A stretch of DNA of 64,000 bases, taken from NCBI GenBank assembly GCA_963804165.1, contig CAWDPO010000001.1, positions 32,001-96,000 on the forward strand, read 5' to 3'. Source of the stretch: an uncultured delta proteobacterium. GTDB lineage: Bacteria; Desulfobacterota; Binatia; UBA9968. Made by a program: the position numbers and the translations under genes. The notes below the pieces were generated by a model. It did no database searches. It was not told the DNA's origin and saw nothing but the letters and a program-made list of their open reading frames with translations. Shown here one piece after another: positions 37,585 through 47,863 of this stretch (within the stretch, counting starts at the first letter, position 1; each line of letters begins with the position of its first letter).

Positions 37585-37825
37585 GTTCCAATTGTTCCAA
37601 ACGTTCCAGCCGTTCCAATTGTTCGACCGTTCGAGAAGCCTCACGGCAGGCTTCCTCGACAGCCTTCAGTTCCGAGCCCGTCGAGGAATCACCATGAGCG
37701 GTTCCGATTTTACGCTCATCTGAGTTCATCGAAGGATTCGCGGAATCTGTCCTGAGCAAGGTCGTGCAACTCACACGCCGGTTCCAGTCGTTCTAAGCGT
37801 TTCAATGGTTCCAGTCGTTTCAACG
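37585..37825. repeat. Composite repeat: five 9-bp units, REP-like palindromic core, five 9-bp units
   Basis: gttccaatt gttccaaac gttccagcc gttccaatt gttcgaccg ... tcaccatgagcgg ... gttccagtc gttctaagc gtttcaatg gttccagtc gtttcaacg. Confidence 0.75.
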
Positions 37826-37910
37826 ATTGGACTATTACGATCAAGAGATTCCTTGACGGCGTCGCTGGCGCGGCGGTCATCTGTCTCCTGTCTCCTCAGC
37901 CGATGGAGCG

Positions 37911-37985
37911 CCGGCCGATGGCCCTTCACGCACGGCGTAGGTACCACGGGCGCGGCGATCCCTTTTACGAATTCGGCGGGCATCG
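37911..37985 (-). repeat. Relic copy 3 of a cyclase-like 3' end
   Basis: MPAEFVKGIAAPVV, continuing TYAVR after an indel. Confidence 0.65.
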
Positions 37986-37993
37986 GCAGACAC

Positions 37994-38913
37994 TCAGGCC
38001 GCTTTTGCCGACGCGGTGAATGTCGCCGCATTCTTCCTGACGAAATCCTGCACGCTCAGCGGCCCTTGCCCCGTTAGCGTGCGCACGTCGTCCGACATCC
38101 GGTCGTAGCGGCCCACGCGGTGTAGATCGGCCATAGTCGCGAGGTGGTTCACCAGGTGAACCGGCAAGCCGCGCTCGAGCAGCCCGTCCCGCCACGGCTC
38201 GACCGGAATGTCCTCAAAGGTGATCGTGCGGCCAAGCGCCTTCGAATACTCCTGTGCATAGAAATGCATGTTCTCGGACTGCGGACCGGTCAGGTGATAG
38301 ATCTTGCCGATGTGCGGCTGCGGATTAGCGAGCAGCGCGGCGAGCACACGTGCAACGTCTTCCACTGCGACCGGCGAAGTCTTGCCCTCGCCGAACGGTA
38401 GTCTGATCTGATTTGATTGCCTGACCGAATCCGCAGTGAAAATTAGGAAGAAGCCTTCGAGAAGCACTGTCGGCCGCACGTGCACGACCGGCAGACCGGA
38501 CCAGTTCAGCGCCTGCTCGGAGAGCCAGTGCAGCTTGTGCTGCGGACTCGCGTGTGGTTTCGGTAATGCTCATCTGTGAGAGCGTCATCTGCGACATATT
38601 GATGAACGCCTTCACGCCGTGATGCTTCGCCACCGCCGCCGCATTGACCGTCGCGGCCAGATAGGCATCCGAAACCGACATGCCGAAGTACATCGTCTCG
38701 CAGCCGGCAATCGCCCTATGCATCGCATCGAGATCGAGCAGGTCGCCGACTACGACCTCCGCACCCATGTCGCGCTAACGCCTGCGCGCGTTCGTCTTCA
38801 TTTCGCACCATCGCACGCACCGCTTTGCCTTGCTTCAACAGCAGTTCGGTGACCGTGCGCCCTACCGCGCCCACGCGGCCCGCCGCGCCAGTGACCAGAA
38901 TGGGGTTCTCCAT
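37994..38913 (-). CDS. NmrA family NAD(P)-binding protein (two frameshifts)
   Basis: ILVTGAAGRVGAVG / GAEVVVGDLLD / HVRPTVLLE...YHLTGP in three collinear ORFs. Confidence 0.8.
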
Positions 38914-39097
38914 GTTTTTTCCTCCCCTGCGTTCACCTAAATCGAAAGTCAGATTTGTTGAATGTATGCATTCGCCGGCAGAATCACTTTTGCCTCACTA
39001 CGTCACGTTCGAAAACTTTTGCAAAGCCAGGCGTCTCCCGCCGGTTATGAGCCTCGTGTGTATCGCTGCCCGACGAGCCTCGTCGACCGCGCCCGAC

Positions 39098-39544
39098 CTA
39101 TCTCTGAACGGGTTGCTCCACGAAAGTCGCGATCGGCTGGCCTGTCTCGACGATATAAGTCGACAGCATCCTCCCGGTTTCCGGGCCGAGGTCGCGCGCA
39201 TTATGAGGGGTCCGCGGGGGGATCAGAAATCCATCTCCCGGATGCAGTACAACGGTAGCACGTCCCTGTACCCTCATCTCGACCTGGCCGGCGATGATGT
39301 AGCCGACCTCTTCTCCTGGATGAACGTGCCATCCGGACTCGACTCCCGTCGGAATCAACGTCTCGACCTGCACCATCTCGCGACTTGGAATCGATAACGG
39401 CGAGCGTTGGACCTCGCGCCGAGCAAGCTTGCCCGCCAGATCGTCCCGTGTCCCCTTATTGGCTTGTCCAGATGCGGGGACGATGTAGGCGACCATCCCG
39501 GCCATCGCTACGACTGCAACAAGCACGAAAACAATCCGTCTCAT
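39098..39544 (-). CDS. Exported cupin domain protein
   Basis: WHVHPGEE...IPPRTPHNA; AAGGAG SD. Confidence 0.85.
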   Translation of the reverse strand: MRRIVFVLVAVVAMAGMVAYIVPASGQANKGTRDDLAGKLARREVQRSPLSIPSREMVQVETLIPTGVESGWHVHPGEEVGYIIAGQVEMRVQGRATVVLHPGDGFLIPPRTPHNARDLGPETGRMLSTYIVETGQPIATFVEQPVQR

Positions 39545-39753
39545 ACGGTGTCTCCTTCAAGCATGCGTAAGTGAACCCATGCGTAATCCGGCAAATCGCG
39601 GATCATGGTTCACAACAGGGCGTGATCACAAAACAATCCCGAATAAGGACCGCCTATCGGGCTTCGAATACGGACGATCCTTTGCGTAAGTCATTCTATT
39701 CACATTAGATTCGAGCGCGCCACGGACTTGGGTGAACAAAGCCCGCCATCGAG

Positions 39754-40845
39754 CTAACCGAACGTGAACGCAAAAGCCTCCACGCCTGAATCGAGAAACT
39801 CGATCTCGAACTGTCGCTCAGTAATAGGCTTAGATTGTCGGATCAGCTGATACAGCCGCTGTTCGACAACCGTGCCGTTGCCCTGGACATCAAGGTCAAT
39901 CCCGTGAGCAGCGCCCGGCGGCTTGCCATCGATGAGCACGCGAAATCGCACGGAAGTTCCTCGCGCCGCCGGTCCCATGACGAGATGAAGATCGCGGGCG
40001 TGAAAGCGGTACGCGATCTTCCCGTTGGCATTGTTCAGCACAGTGGCCTGTTTCTTCACCGTCCAATCACCCGAAAGGGCCCAATGATTGATTTTCAACC
40101 GCGCGGGAGCAGCATAGACACGACGCCTGTCCAAGACTGCACCGCCGGGAGACGCAAAATTCTCGGTGCGCTCATGGCCGAGATAGTTTTCCGGAGATTT
40201 CAAGCTACCCCAATCGGCGGGAGCTTCCAGACCAGGGGCATTGACCGAAACCAGTTTAGGATCGATGTTGCTGCTTCCGGCCTCGGCCAGCAATTGTTGA
40301 ATAATCCTTTCCGACTGTTCGTATTCGCCCTCGCCGAAATGATGACCGCGAATATGCCCCTTGGCATCGACGAAATAGAGCGCCGGCCAATATTGGTTCT
40401 TGAGAGCACGCCAGATCGAATAGTTGTTATCGATCGCGATTGGAAAATCGACCCTTATGTCCTTCGCGGCCCGGCGAACGTTATCAATGTTTTTCTCGAA
40501 TTCGAACTCAGGCGTGTGAACACCGATCACCACCAAACCTTGGTTCTTGTATTTCTCGGCCCATGCGCGGACATAGGGAAGCTGGCGTAACCAGTTGATG
40601 CAGGTGTAGGTCCAGACGTCGATCAGGACGACTTTTCCGCGCAGGCCAGCCGCCGTCAGTGGTTGGGAATTTAGCCACCCGGTCGCGCCCCCGAGCGAAG
40701 GCAATTCCCCTTCGATGGGTAGTTGACGCCCTGCAGGCGCGACCTGCTGCACCACAGGACCGAAAATATTGAGTGAGGTAGCGCCGAGAATAAGCGCCGC
40801 AGCGGTAAGAAAGCGGCGGCGATCATGGTTGATTTCTTCTGACAT
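39754..40845 (-). CDS. Thioredoxin/redoxin family protein (DipZ C-terminal-like) with Tat signal
   Basis: DRRRFL, WLNSQPLT, WTYTCINW (single-Cys CxxW), GVHTPEF, FGEGEY, AFAFTFG. Confidence 0.88.
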   Translation of the reverse strand: MSEEINHDRRRFLTAAALILGATSLNIFGPVVQQVAPAGRQLPIEGELPSLGGATGWLNSQPLTAAGLRGKVVLIDVWTYTCINWLRQLPYVRAWAEKYKNQGLVVIGVHTPEFEFEKNIDNVRRAAKDIRVDFPIAIDNNYSIWRALKNQYWPALYFVDAKGHIRGHHFGEGEYEQSERIIQQLLAEAGSSNIDPKLVSVNAPGLEAPADWGSLKSPENYLGHERTENFASPGGAVLDRRRVYAAPARLKINHWALSGDWTVKKQATVLNNANGKIAYRFHARDLHLVMGPAARGTSVRFRVLIDGKPPGAAHGIDLDVQGNGTVVEQRLYQLIRQSKPITERQFEIEFLDSGVEAFAFTFG

Positions 40846-40915
40846 ATATCGATCTTCGCATCGTTCCAGTATTCACGGAGCCAATCGCGCAAAGACGAAA
40901 TCGTGCCCTTTCACG

Positions 40916-41105
40916 TTTAGATCATCGGCATGGCCGCGCCGGTCGTGGGCTAACCCTGCTTGAGGAAGAACAGCATCTGCGTATCCCAGTCGTCGGCCGA
41001 TAGCGGCCAGCCGTGGCTGAACACCACGGGCTGCCCGCTGCCCCAGTCCTTATAATAGATCTCGATCTCCCTGGAATTTTCCTTGCCGACCGTGACGTAT
41101 GGCAT
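40916..41105 (-). pseudogene. Truncated non-heme chloroperoxidase paralog
   Basis: [40 protein letters not shown]...stop, then AHDRRGH joined directly to ADDL (internal deletions). Confidence 0.85.
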
Positions 41106-41196
41106 TGGCGCTCTCCTGATTCCGCAAGATTTAAAATCCGTTTAGTCGGTTTCGATAACTGTGCATAGTGCTGCAACGGGCGAGATGCCCCGCCGA

Positions 41197-41817
41197 TCAA
41201 TTACCACCGCCGCTGCCGCTGTCGGAGCCGCCGCGTCCTCGCGCCTGGTCGCGGCGCGCCTTGTCGATCTCCTCGTCGAACTGACGCCCGATGTATTCGC
41301 CCGCCATGATAAGCTGCGCGTCATCCAGTTTGGCGGCCAATGTTTTTCGAATGTCGTTGCGAATTTGCATACCGGGATCCCAAAAGACGCCGTACACGCG
41401 GTCCTCGGAGAAATATTCGAGTGTGTCATCGATCAACTTGAGCCCCACTTCGATTTCTCTCCGGCCGCGTTCGCGGTCACCGGTTTTCAACATCGCGATT
41501 CCAAGATAAAGATGCGCGAATGCATCGTCCTTATCGACATTGACCGCCCTTTCCAAAGTTTGCCGCGCTTCTTTGTCTCTGCCGGTTTCGAGGTAGGCCC
41601 GTCCCAGCAACGCCAGAACGCGGGCAGGAACCCGGTAGGGGAGCCTGTAGTTTGGATCGAGCTCGGCTGCTAGGGCCAGATAACCTACGGCGTCGTTGGG
41701 GCGTCCGGTTTGTAGCGCATTGCGGCCCGCTTGAACGTCGCCCCCGACGCTGGAGCAACCCGACATGAACAGCAACACTAAAAAACAGATGGGCACAAAA
41801 CCACGATTTGATGTCAT
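41197..41817 (-). CDS. Tetratricopeptide-repeat lipoprotein, copy 2
   Basis: Lipobox MSGC; mature part nearly identical to 22378-22998; AGGAG SD. Confidence 0.8.
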   Translation of the reverse strand: MTSNRGFVPICFLVLLFMSGCSSVGGDVQAGRNALQTGRPNDAVGYLALAAELDPNYRLPYRVPARVLALLGRAYLETGRDKEARQTLERAVNVDKDDAFAHLYLGIAMLKTGDRERGRREIEVGLKLIDDTLEYFSEDRVYGVFWDPGMQIRNDIRKTLAAKLDDAQLIMAGEYIGRQFDEEIDKARRDQARGRGGSDSGSGGGN

Positions 41818-42123
41818 AAATTTATCTCCTGTTTTCAGTTTCTGAGAATCACCGGATGGTTTTCGGCTTCCCCCAGCCTCAATGTTCGGTACAGACAACA
41901 TTATTTGGTTGAAAAATGTTTTTTCACGCTAATATGCTTTCAACTTTCATCGGTGCTGATAATCACCATGAAGTCGTTACTGCCTCCGGACAGCAGTTGT
42001 CAAGCCGGCGTGGTCGGCGTTAGAAAGAATTCACGCGATTTCACTGGCTACGTCGATTGACACATAGTTTGGCTTTCTATAAGACACAACTTGTCGATCA
42101 ATCATTCCAGCTCGGATCATTGA

Positions 42124-42933
42124 ATGAGACTGCAAAATAAAATCGTTTTGGCCACAAGCGCGCAAAACCCTTGCGCCAAGGCGATCGTCCTGGGTTTCGC
42201 CCGCGAAGGCGCAGATTGCGTCGTCATCGATGAAGACGTGAGTCAAGCAGCACAGCTGGCAGGCGAAGCTCGATCTCTGGGCCGGCGAGTTTTGTCGCTC
42301 CGGTGCGATGTCACGAAGAAATCCGATATCGAGGACGCCGTGCGGCATGCCGTCGCCGAGTTTGGCCGCATCGACGTCCTGGTCAATTGTTCGGGGATCA
42401 CACGCGATAGCGATTTCCTAAGTTTCACTGAAGAAGCATTCAACGAATGCATCGAGCGCGGTCCCAAGGCTTACTTCCTTATGTCGCAGACCGTCGGGCG
42501 GCAGATGGCCGAGCAGCGCTCCGGAAAAATTATCAATCTCTCGACCACTGATGCTCGCATCGGTTCAGGTGAGTCGACCGGCAACAGCGCGGCCTATTCG
42601 AGCATCGACTCGATGACGCGTGCCATTGCCCAAGCGCTGGCATTTTACGGCGTCCAGGTGAACTCGCTCGTCTGCGGGCCGCTGGAATATTTTTCCCTGA
42701 CCGCCGATGAAGCAGGCGAGCGCCTGCGGCGCATTCCGGCGGGACGTTTGGGTAAACCCGAAGATCTCGTGGGCGCGGCGATTTTTTTGGCTACCGACGA
42801 TTCCAATTTCGTCGCCGGCGAAAGCCTCGTCGTCGACGCCGGTTATGCCAATGCCGCGGTAACGGAAGACAGCTTTCGACCGTCATGGGGCCGGACCTGG
42901 GGTCCATTCGAAATTCCATCCCGGAATAAGTAA
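42124..42933 (+). CDS. SDR-fold protein lacking the canonical Gly-rich and YxxxK motifs
   Basis: FGRIDVLVNCSG, GKIINLS, GRLGKPEDL, GESLVVDAG; TSAQNPCA replaces TGxxxGxG and NSAAY replaces YxxxK. Confidence 0.82.
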   Translation: MRLQNKIVLATSAQNPCAKAIVLGFAREGADCVVIDEDVSQAAQLAGEARSLGRRVLSLRCDVTKKSDIEDAVRHAVAEFGRIDVLVNCSGITRDSDFLSFTEEAFNECIERGPKAYFLMSQTVGRQMAEQRSGKIINLSTTDARIGSGESTGNSAAYSSIDSMTRAIAQALAFYGVQVNSLVCGPLEYFSLTADEAGERLRRIPAGRLGKPEDLVGAAIFLATDDSNFVAGESLVVDAGYANAAVTEDSFRPSWGRTWGPFEIPSRNK

Positions 42934-42954
42934 CCGTGTAAGAGGGACAATTAT

Positions 42955-43833
42955 ATGGGAACCAAATTTAAGGAAGTGAACACGCTATCGTTCATCGGCC
43001 ACGTCGGCCCCAAAGCCGAACGGTTGTGGAAGGAAGTCGATGAGGAAGTCGACATCATCGGCTGCAAAGACAAGTTCGACCGGCCCTGTCAACTGATCGC
43101 GCCGTTGAAATTACTCGAAAAGGATCTCCCCGGCGACGGCGACACCAAACAGATTCCGATCTTCGTCAATGATGCCGTGCGGATCGAGTTGATGCATTGC
43201 CGCTCTTCGAAGGGCGCGGATGGACACAGGCCGGCGGGGTTTTCCGAAACCCAGATCCAAGTCCAAAACAAGCGCGTCACGAAGACCTCCGAGGGTGATT
43301 TTGAATTGGTCGAAGGTGACGTCCTCGTCGTGCCGCCGAATATAAGCCATGAAAATATTGGCGATGGCCCGACCACACGATTAATCGTTTACACCCGCAA
43401 CCCGGTTCAGATCGCGCAGACCTATCCCGTCAAAGAAAGCGTCGTGCCGAACAAGCAGTGTACGTTCCTCAAGCCAACGACGGTGCTCGACAAAGTCGAA
43501 GAAGGCGGCTCCGGCGGCAAGCATTTCGAGCTGGTGGAAAACGCCGACATCATGGTCGAAACCACGCATCGCTCCGACGCGCAGAGAATCTACCACCGTG
43601 GTTTCGGTCAAGACGAAGTCGCCTTTCAACTCTCCGGCCGGCGCGCCACGCTGACCAACCAGGGGGAATACATGTTGGAGACCGGCGATTTTCTGTTAAT
43701 CCCACCGGGCACATCGCACCGCAATATCGGCGACATGGCGACGATCCGAATCATCCTCTACGCCAGAAAGCCGGTGCGCTTGGCCGATGAATTCATTGAG
43801 CGCGCTAAACGGGCCGGACAGGCGATCTCGTAA
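42955..43833 (+). CDS. Bicupin protein, distantly homogentisate-dioxygenase-like
   Basis: Two cupin repeats: GDVLVVPPNISHEN and YHRGFGQDEV...GDFLLIPPGTSHRN. Confidence 0.7.
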   Translation: MGTKFKEVNTLSFIGHVGPKAERLWKEVDEEVDIIGCKDKFDRPCQLIAPLKLLEKDLPGDGDTKQIPIFVNDAVRIELMHCRSSKGADGHRPAGFSETQIQVQNKRVTKTSEGDFELVEGDVLVVPPNISHENIGDGPTTRLIVYTRNPVQIAQTYPVKESVVPNKQCTFLKPTTVLDKVEEGGSGGKHFELVENADIMVETTHRSDAQRIYHRGFGQDEVAFQLSGRRATLTNQGEYMLETGDFLLIPPGTSHRNIGDMATIRIILYARKPVRLADEFIERAKRAGQAIS

Positions 43834-43877
43834 AACCAAAAGTCTTTCTCGAATGGCCAGACATTATTTACAAAACA

Positions 43878-44860
43878 ATGTTCGAAAAGTCGTGCGTCGG
43901 TTTTATCTCGTTCCGCTTTTTTGACGAGTCGCAGTCCTTCGCCCTCTCGGCCGACAACATACGAGTGTCTTATGCGACGCTCAGCGCAGCGTACATGGAC
44001 CATATTTGCGCGATGGACAAAGGTTACTTCCGCGAAGAGGGGATTGAACATCGAAGTCATTCGCGCCCCGGGCGGTGTGGCGACTCCGGGTCTGCTGTCG
44101 GGCCAGTTTCAGTTCAGCAGCTCGGCAAGCTCAGCGGTGAGCGCCGCGGTGCGCGGCGGTCCGGTGAAAATCGTCTATACGAATCTCTCGCGTCCGAGCT
44201 ATACCCTGGTTTCGATAAAGCCGGAGATCACTTCGGCGAAGGAGTTGATCGGAAAAAAAATCGCCATCAATAGCTTTGGCGATACCGGCCATCTATCGAC
44301 GATTCTCTATCTGAAAAAAATGGGCGTTAATCCGTCGTCCGTGCTTTTCATCGCGGTCGGCAGAAACGAAGTCCGTTTTCCGGCTCTCCGTACCGGTGCC
44401 ATCGATGCCGCTCCATTGGTGCCGCGCGACATGGTGGTTTTGAAAGACCAAAAACACATCGTCCTCGCCGATTTGGGTAAAGAGATCCAGTTGGTGTGGA
44501 ATGGCGTTGCCGTATCCACCAAGCTTTCGGCCGAAAATCCGCAACTGGTAGAGCGATTCCTGCGCGGCTTGGCGAAGGGCCGGGAGTTTGCCCGGCGCTA
44601 CCGCGACGAAACGATTTCGCTCATCAGCAAGCGTGATCCTTCGCCTCTCGATGCCATCAAAGTCGACTACGAAGTGACCAGAGCGAGCATGACCGAAGAC
44701 GGCTCGTTGCCTGACGATATTCTTAAGAGATGAAGTTGCGACCCGATCCGAGCTGACCAAAGTTGCCAATCCACCCAACATATCGACCGTGTTTGATTAC
44801 AGTGTTACGAGAAAAAACTACGCCCAGCTAAAGGCAGCCGGCTGGCAGCCGGTCCGGTGA
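43878..44860 (+). CDS. NMT1/THI5/TauA-type ABC substrate-binding protein (frameshifted)
   Basis: KGYFREEG / LNIEVIRAPGG...ELIGKKIAI...VERFLRGL / VFDYSVTRK...GWQPVR-stop; paralog of 48763-49788; start uncertain. Confidence 0.8.
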
Positions 44861-44864
44861 ACCA

Positions 44865-45657
44865 ATGAAACTTGAAGGAAAAATAGCCATCGTCACCGGT
44901 TGCAACGGCGAGTTCGGTTCGGCCATCGTGCCCGGATTTGCCGCCGAAGGTTGTGATCGTCGCTTGTGTGGATTTCAAGCAGAGCGGACGCCGATGCAGC
45001 GGCGGAAAAAGTGCGGCAAAAGGGCCGGCGCACTCTCGCGATCGCGATTGATCTACGCAAGCGCGGCGAAATCGAAGCGATGGTGAAGCAAGTCGTCGAA
45101 ACGTTCGGGCGCATCGACATCCTCGTCAACACCACCATGGCTTCGCACAACCAGGAGTTTTTGAATTTTAAGGAAGAAGACTTTCGACGATTCGCTGAGC
45201 CGAGGCGTGAAGAGTTACTTTCTCACCTGCCAGGCGGTCGCGCGGCAAATGGTGCAAGCAACGCTACGGCAAAATCATCAATCTCAGCTCCATCGTCGGC
45301 GTGCTCGGCCCCGGCCAGGCGGCGTCATGGACTGCGGATCGCGGCGCGTCAACGGGCTGACCCGCGCGGCGGCGCATGCGCTGGGATTTTACGGTATCAA
45401 CGTGAATGCAGTCGCGCGCGGCAACACCGCGCGCAAGCCTTACAACGCCGGCGTTCTCGAACGAGTTCGCAGGTTGCCTTTGGGCCGGACTGAAACCGCT
45501 GAGGACATGGTCGAGCCCTGTGTCTTTCTTGCCTCCGACGGGTCGAGTTACGTCACCGGAACGATTCTCTATGTCGACGGCGGCTACACTGTCGCCGGCG
45601 TCACCGACGACCGTTATCGCCCGGAGTGGGCGCGCGCAGGCGCCGAGAGAAAAATAG
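44865..45657 (+). CDS. Second non-canonical SDR-fold protein (several frameshifts)
   Basis: MKLEGKIAIVTGCNGEFG, FGRIDILVN, NLSSIVGVLGPGQAASWTADRG, FLASDGSSYVTGTILYVDGG; end inferred at TAG 45655-45657. Confidence 0.72.
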
Positions 45658-45712
45658 CATCTTCCTTTCGCGAATCGGATTTCAGCATTTTGTTGCAGTC
45701 GCACAGGATAGA

Positions 45713-45816
45713 TGTCATGTCGAGCGAAGCGAAACATCTCGACTCTCAAGAAGATAACAAAGACGAGATCCTTCAGCGAAGTTTATCCCGAGAACATCGA
45801 AGGGCCTCGAATGACA
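45713..45816. repeat. REP-like palindrome (GTCAT...ATGAC family)
   Basis: TGTCATgtcGAGCGAAGCGAaacATCTC ... GAGATCCTTC ... CTCGaATGACA, between convergent genes. Confidence 0.7.
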
Positions 45817-46785
45817 TAACGTTTTCGTCGACCAATACATTCTCCGAAAACATATCCTTGATAGCTAGCTTCCTGTCCGTCACGCCGACCATCTCCGCAT
45901 AACGCGCCATGGTCTCCAAGACGACCTGGTTGTCTCGAATATTGTAGGGCCACGCGTCGTCCCCGAATAGCTCTCTTTCTTCTTCCAACTCCGCGCCGTA
46001 CCAAGCGAGAAATGAGCGCCGCGTATCGCTCACATGTTTGATGCCTATCTCCTTGGCTGTGATAAAAGCCTCGACAAGACTTCGAGCCACCCACGGATGA
46101 CGTTCCAGGATGGAATTCTTCACCACCACCACGTGGCGGATCGGGAAGATCTTGGTGCGCAGATAATATTCTTTTTCGACCTCGCGAAAATTCGGCCACA
46201 AGCGGCGCACTCCGGGAGTATGACGGATGTGCTTCGGCGAGATTTCCGGCAACATGCACGCGTCGATCTCGCCGCTCGGCAAGCACATCTTCTATTTTTT
46301 GTCCCTTCGGCAAACGCTCGATCTCCATCCACTCCGGCGGTTGCCAGCCGGGAACCTGCTCCTGCTGATTGGTGCGTATGCGCAGTGAGCGCGCCGGCAC
46401 GTCGTGTTCTTCCTGCAGCACGCCGCGCATCCAGAGCGATACCGGATTGAAGTGGGCGCGCATGCCGATGATTTTTCCGGCAAGGTCTTCGGGTTTTTGA
46501 ATGCCGCTGGCGGCATGGACGAGCACGTTGCCATGACAGAATTTCCGGTGCGGAAAAACCGGGATCGCGCTAAACGGCGCACCGCGACCGATCCAACCGA
46601 GAAATACACCCATCTGCAGCTCGCACACGTCGAACTCCAGATCGCGGGAAAACCGTCTGTGACGCTCTTCCGACGGCAAGGATAAGATTTCGAGATCGAT
46701 TCCTTCCGCCTTCACGGTTCCGTCGACCGAGAAATCGCGTTCGATCGTATTCGTTGCAGGATAAGGTCAGACGAAGTGGTGCCAT
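45773..46785 (-). CDS. 4,5-dihydroxyphthalate decarboxylase (OphC/Pht5)-like protein (frameshifted)
   Basis: LTLSCNEYDRT / EFDVCEL...AIPVFPHRKF...WMRGVLQEEH / TKIFPIRHVVVVK...FGDDAWPY; 3' end uncertain because it runs into the REP. Confidence 0.8.
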
Positions 46786-46789
46786 ACGA

Positions 46790-47742
46790 TTATCGGGCCA
46801 ATTGCGGCTTGATTTCATTTAACAACAGACGCGACTGAGCGCGCACATCATCCGACGCGATCCGCGCGATGATAGCGGTAAGACCTGCCGCGGCGTATCC
46901 TTTTAACAAGCGCACGCATTCATCCGCCGTGCCGAAGATCGTGAAATGATGGCTGAGGTTTTCCCGGGGTTGCTCGAAGAACCGCTCCATCCATCTCCAG
47001 CCTTCGTCTCTGCCCGGTCACCATTGGTTTGAATATTGAATGTCGCGTATAACGCGCTCACCCGACATTTCCCCACGCGGCCATGCTCCTGAGCATATCG
47101 ATCGATCTTGCCCCGCGCCGCAGAAAATCTCTCCAATGTCGGCGCTAGCGTGACCCAGCCATCGCCCAAACGGCCTACCCTCTTAAAACCGTTCTCGTTT
47201 CGGTCGGCGGCGATCCAGATGGGTATTCCCGGTTTTTGCGCGGGGTGAGGCAGGATTCCGACATCATCCAAATTATAGTAACGCCCTTCATAGCTGATCG
47301 TTCTCTCGCTCCACAGCCGGCGCATGATCTCGATGCACTCGCTCAAACGTCCGGCTTTCTCGTGCGGCGGAACTCCACACGCGGCGAATTGGCGCTGGAT
47401 GTAATCCCGTACGGGCCCTACGCTGACGCCGAGGATAATCCGGCCTTGCGAGATGACGTCCACGGTGGCGAGCGCGTGAGCCAACAAGACCGGATTTCTC
47501 AACGCGGGGAGCATGGGCACCGCGCCGATTTTGATCTTATGCGTGCGTGCCGCCAGCGCCGCCATCGTCGTCAAACAATCGCCGCGCGCTTTGTCCAAAA
47601 CCGTGACGCTGTCGCCCAGCCAAATATGGTCAAAGCCTAACTCTTCTGCTTGCGCCGCATCCGCCCAGAGTTGCTCGAAACTTTTCGCCGCGTCTTCCTG
47701 CCGGATGATTTGGCGCGTGTGTAAGAGAATACCGATATCCAT
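46790..47742 (-). CDS. LLM class flavin-dependent oxidoreductase (one frameshift near 47000)
   Basis: AEELGFDHIWLGDS, LRNPVLLAH...DVISQGRIILGV, PIWIA, GDGW, IFGTADEC. Confidence 0.85.
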
Positions 47743-47863
47743 ATCGTCGCCGTCAAATTTGCTTAACCTTTTAGAACGCCAAAACGCAAGCGCCGTTGGC
47801 GTGAATCGCGACTTGTCTGACCTCGGCACCTGATATATACACGCGAATTGAGGAGTAACGAAG

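Noticed and set aside
37585-37825. CRISPR array
   Set aside because: The units are 9-bp tandem repeats without unique spacers, and there are no cas genes in the window.
14000-42000. Integron cassette array
   Set aside because: The genes are largely co-oriented, but I found no integrase or recurring attC-like sites, and many genes are operon-spaced.
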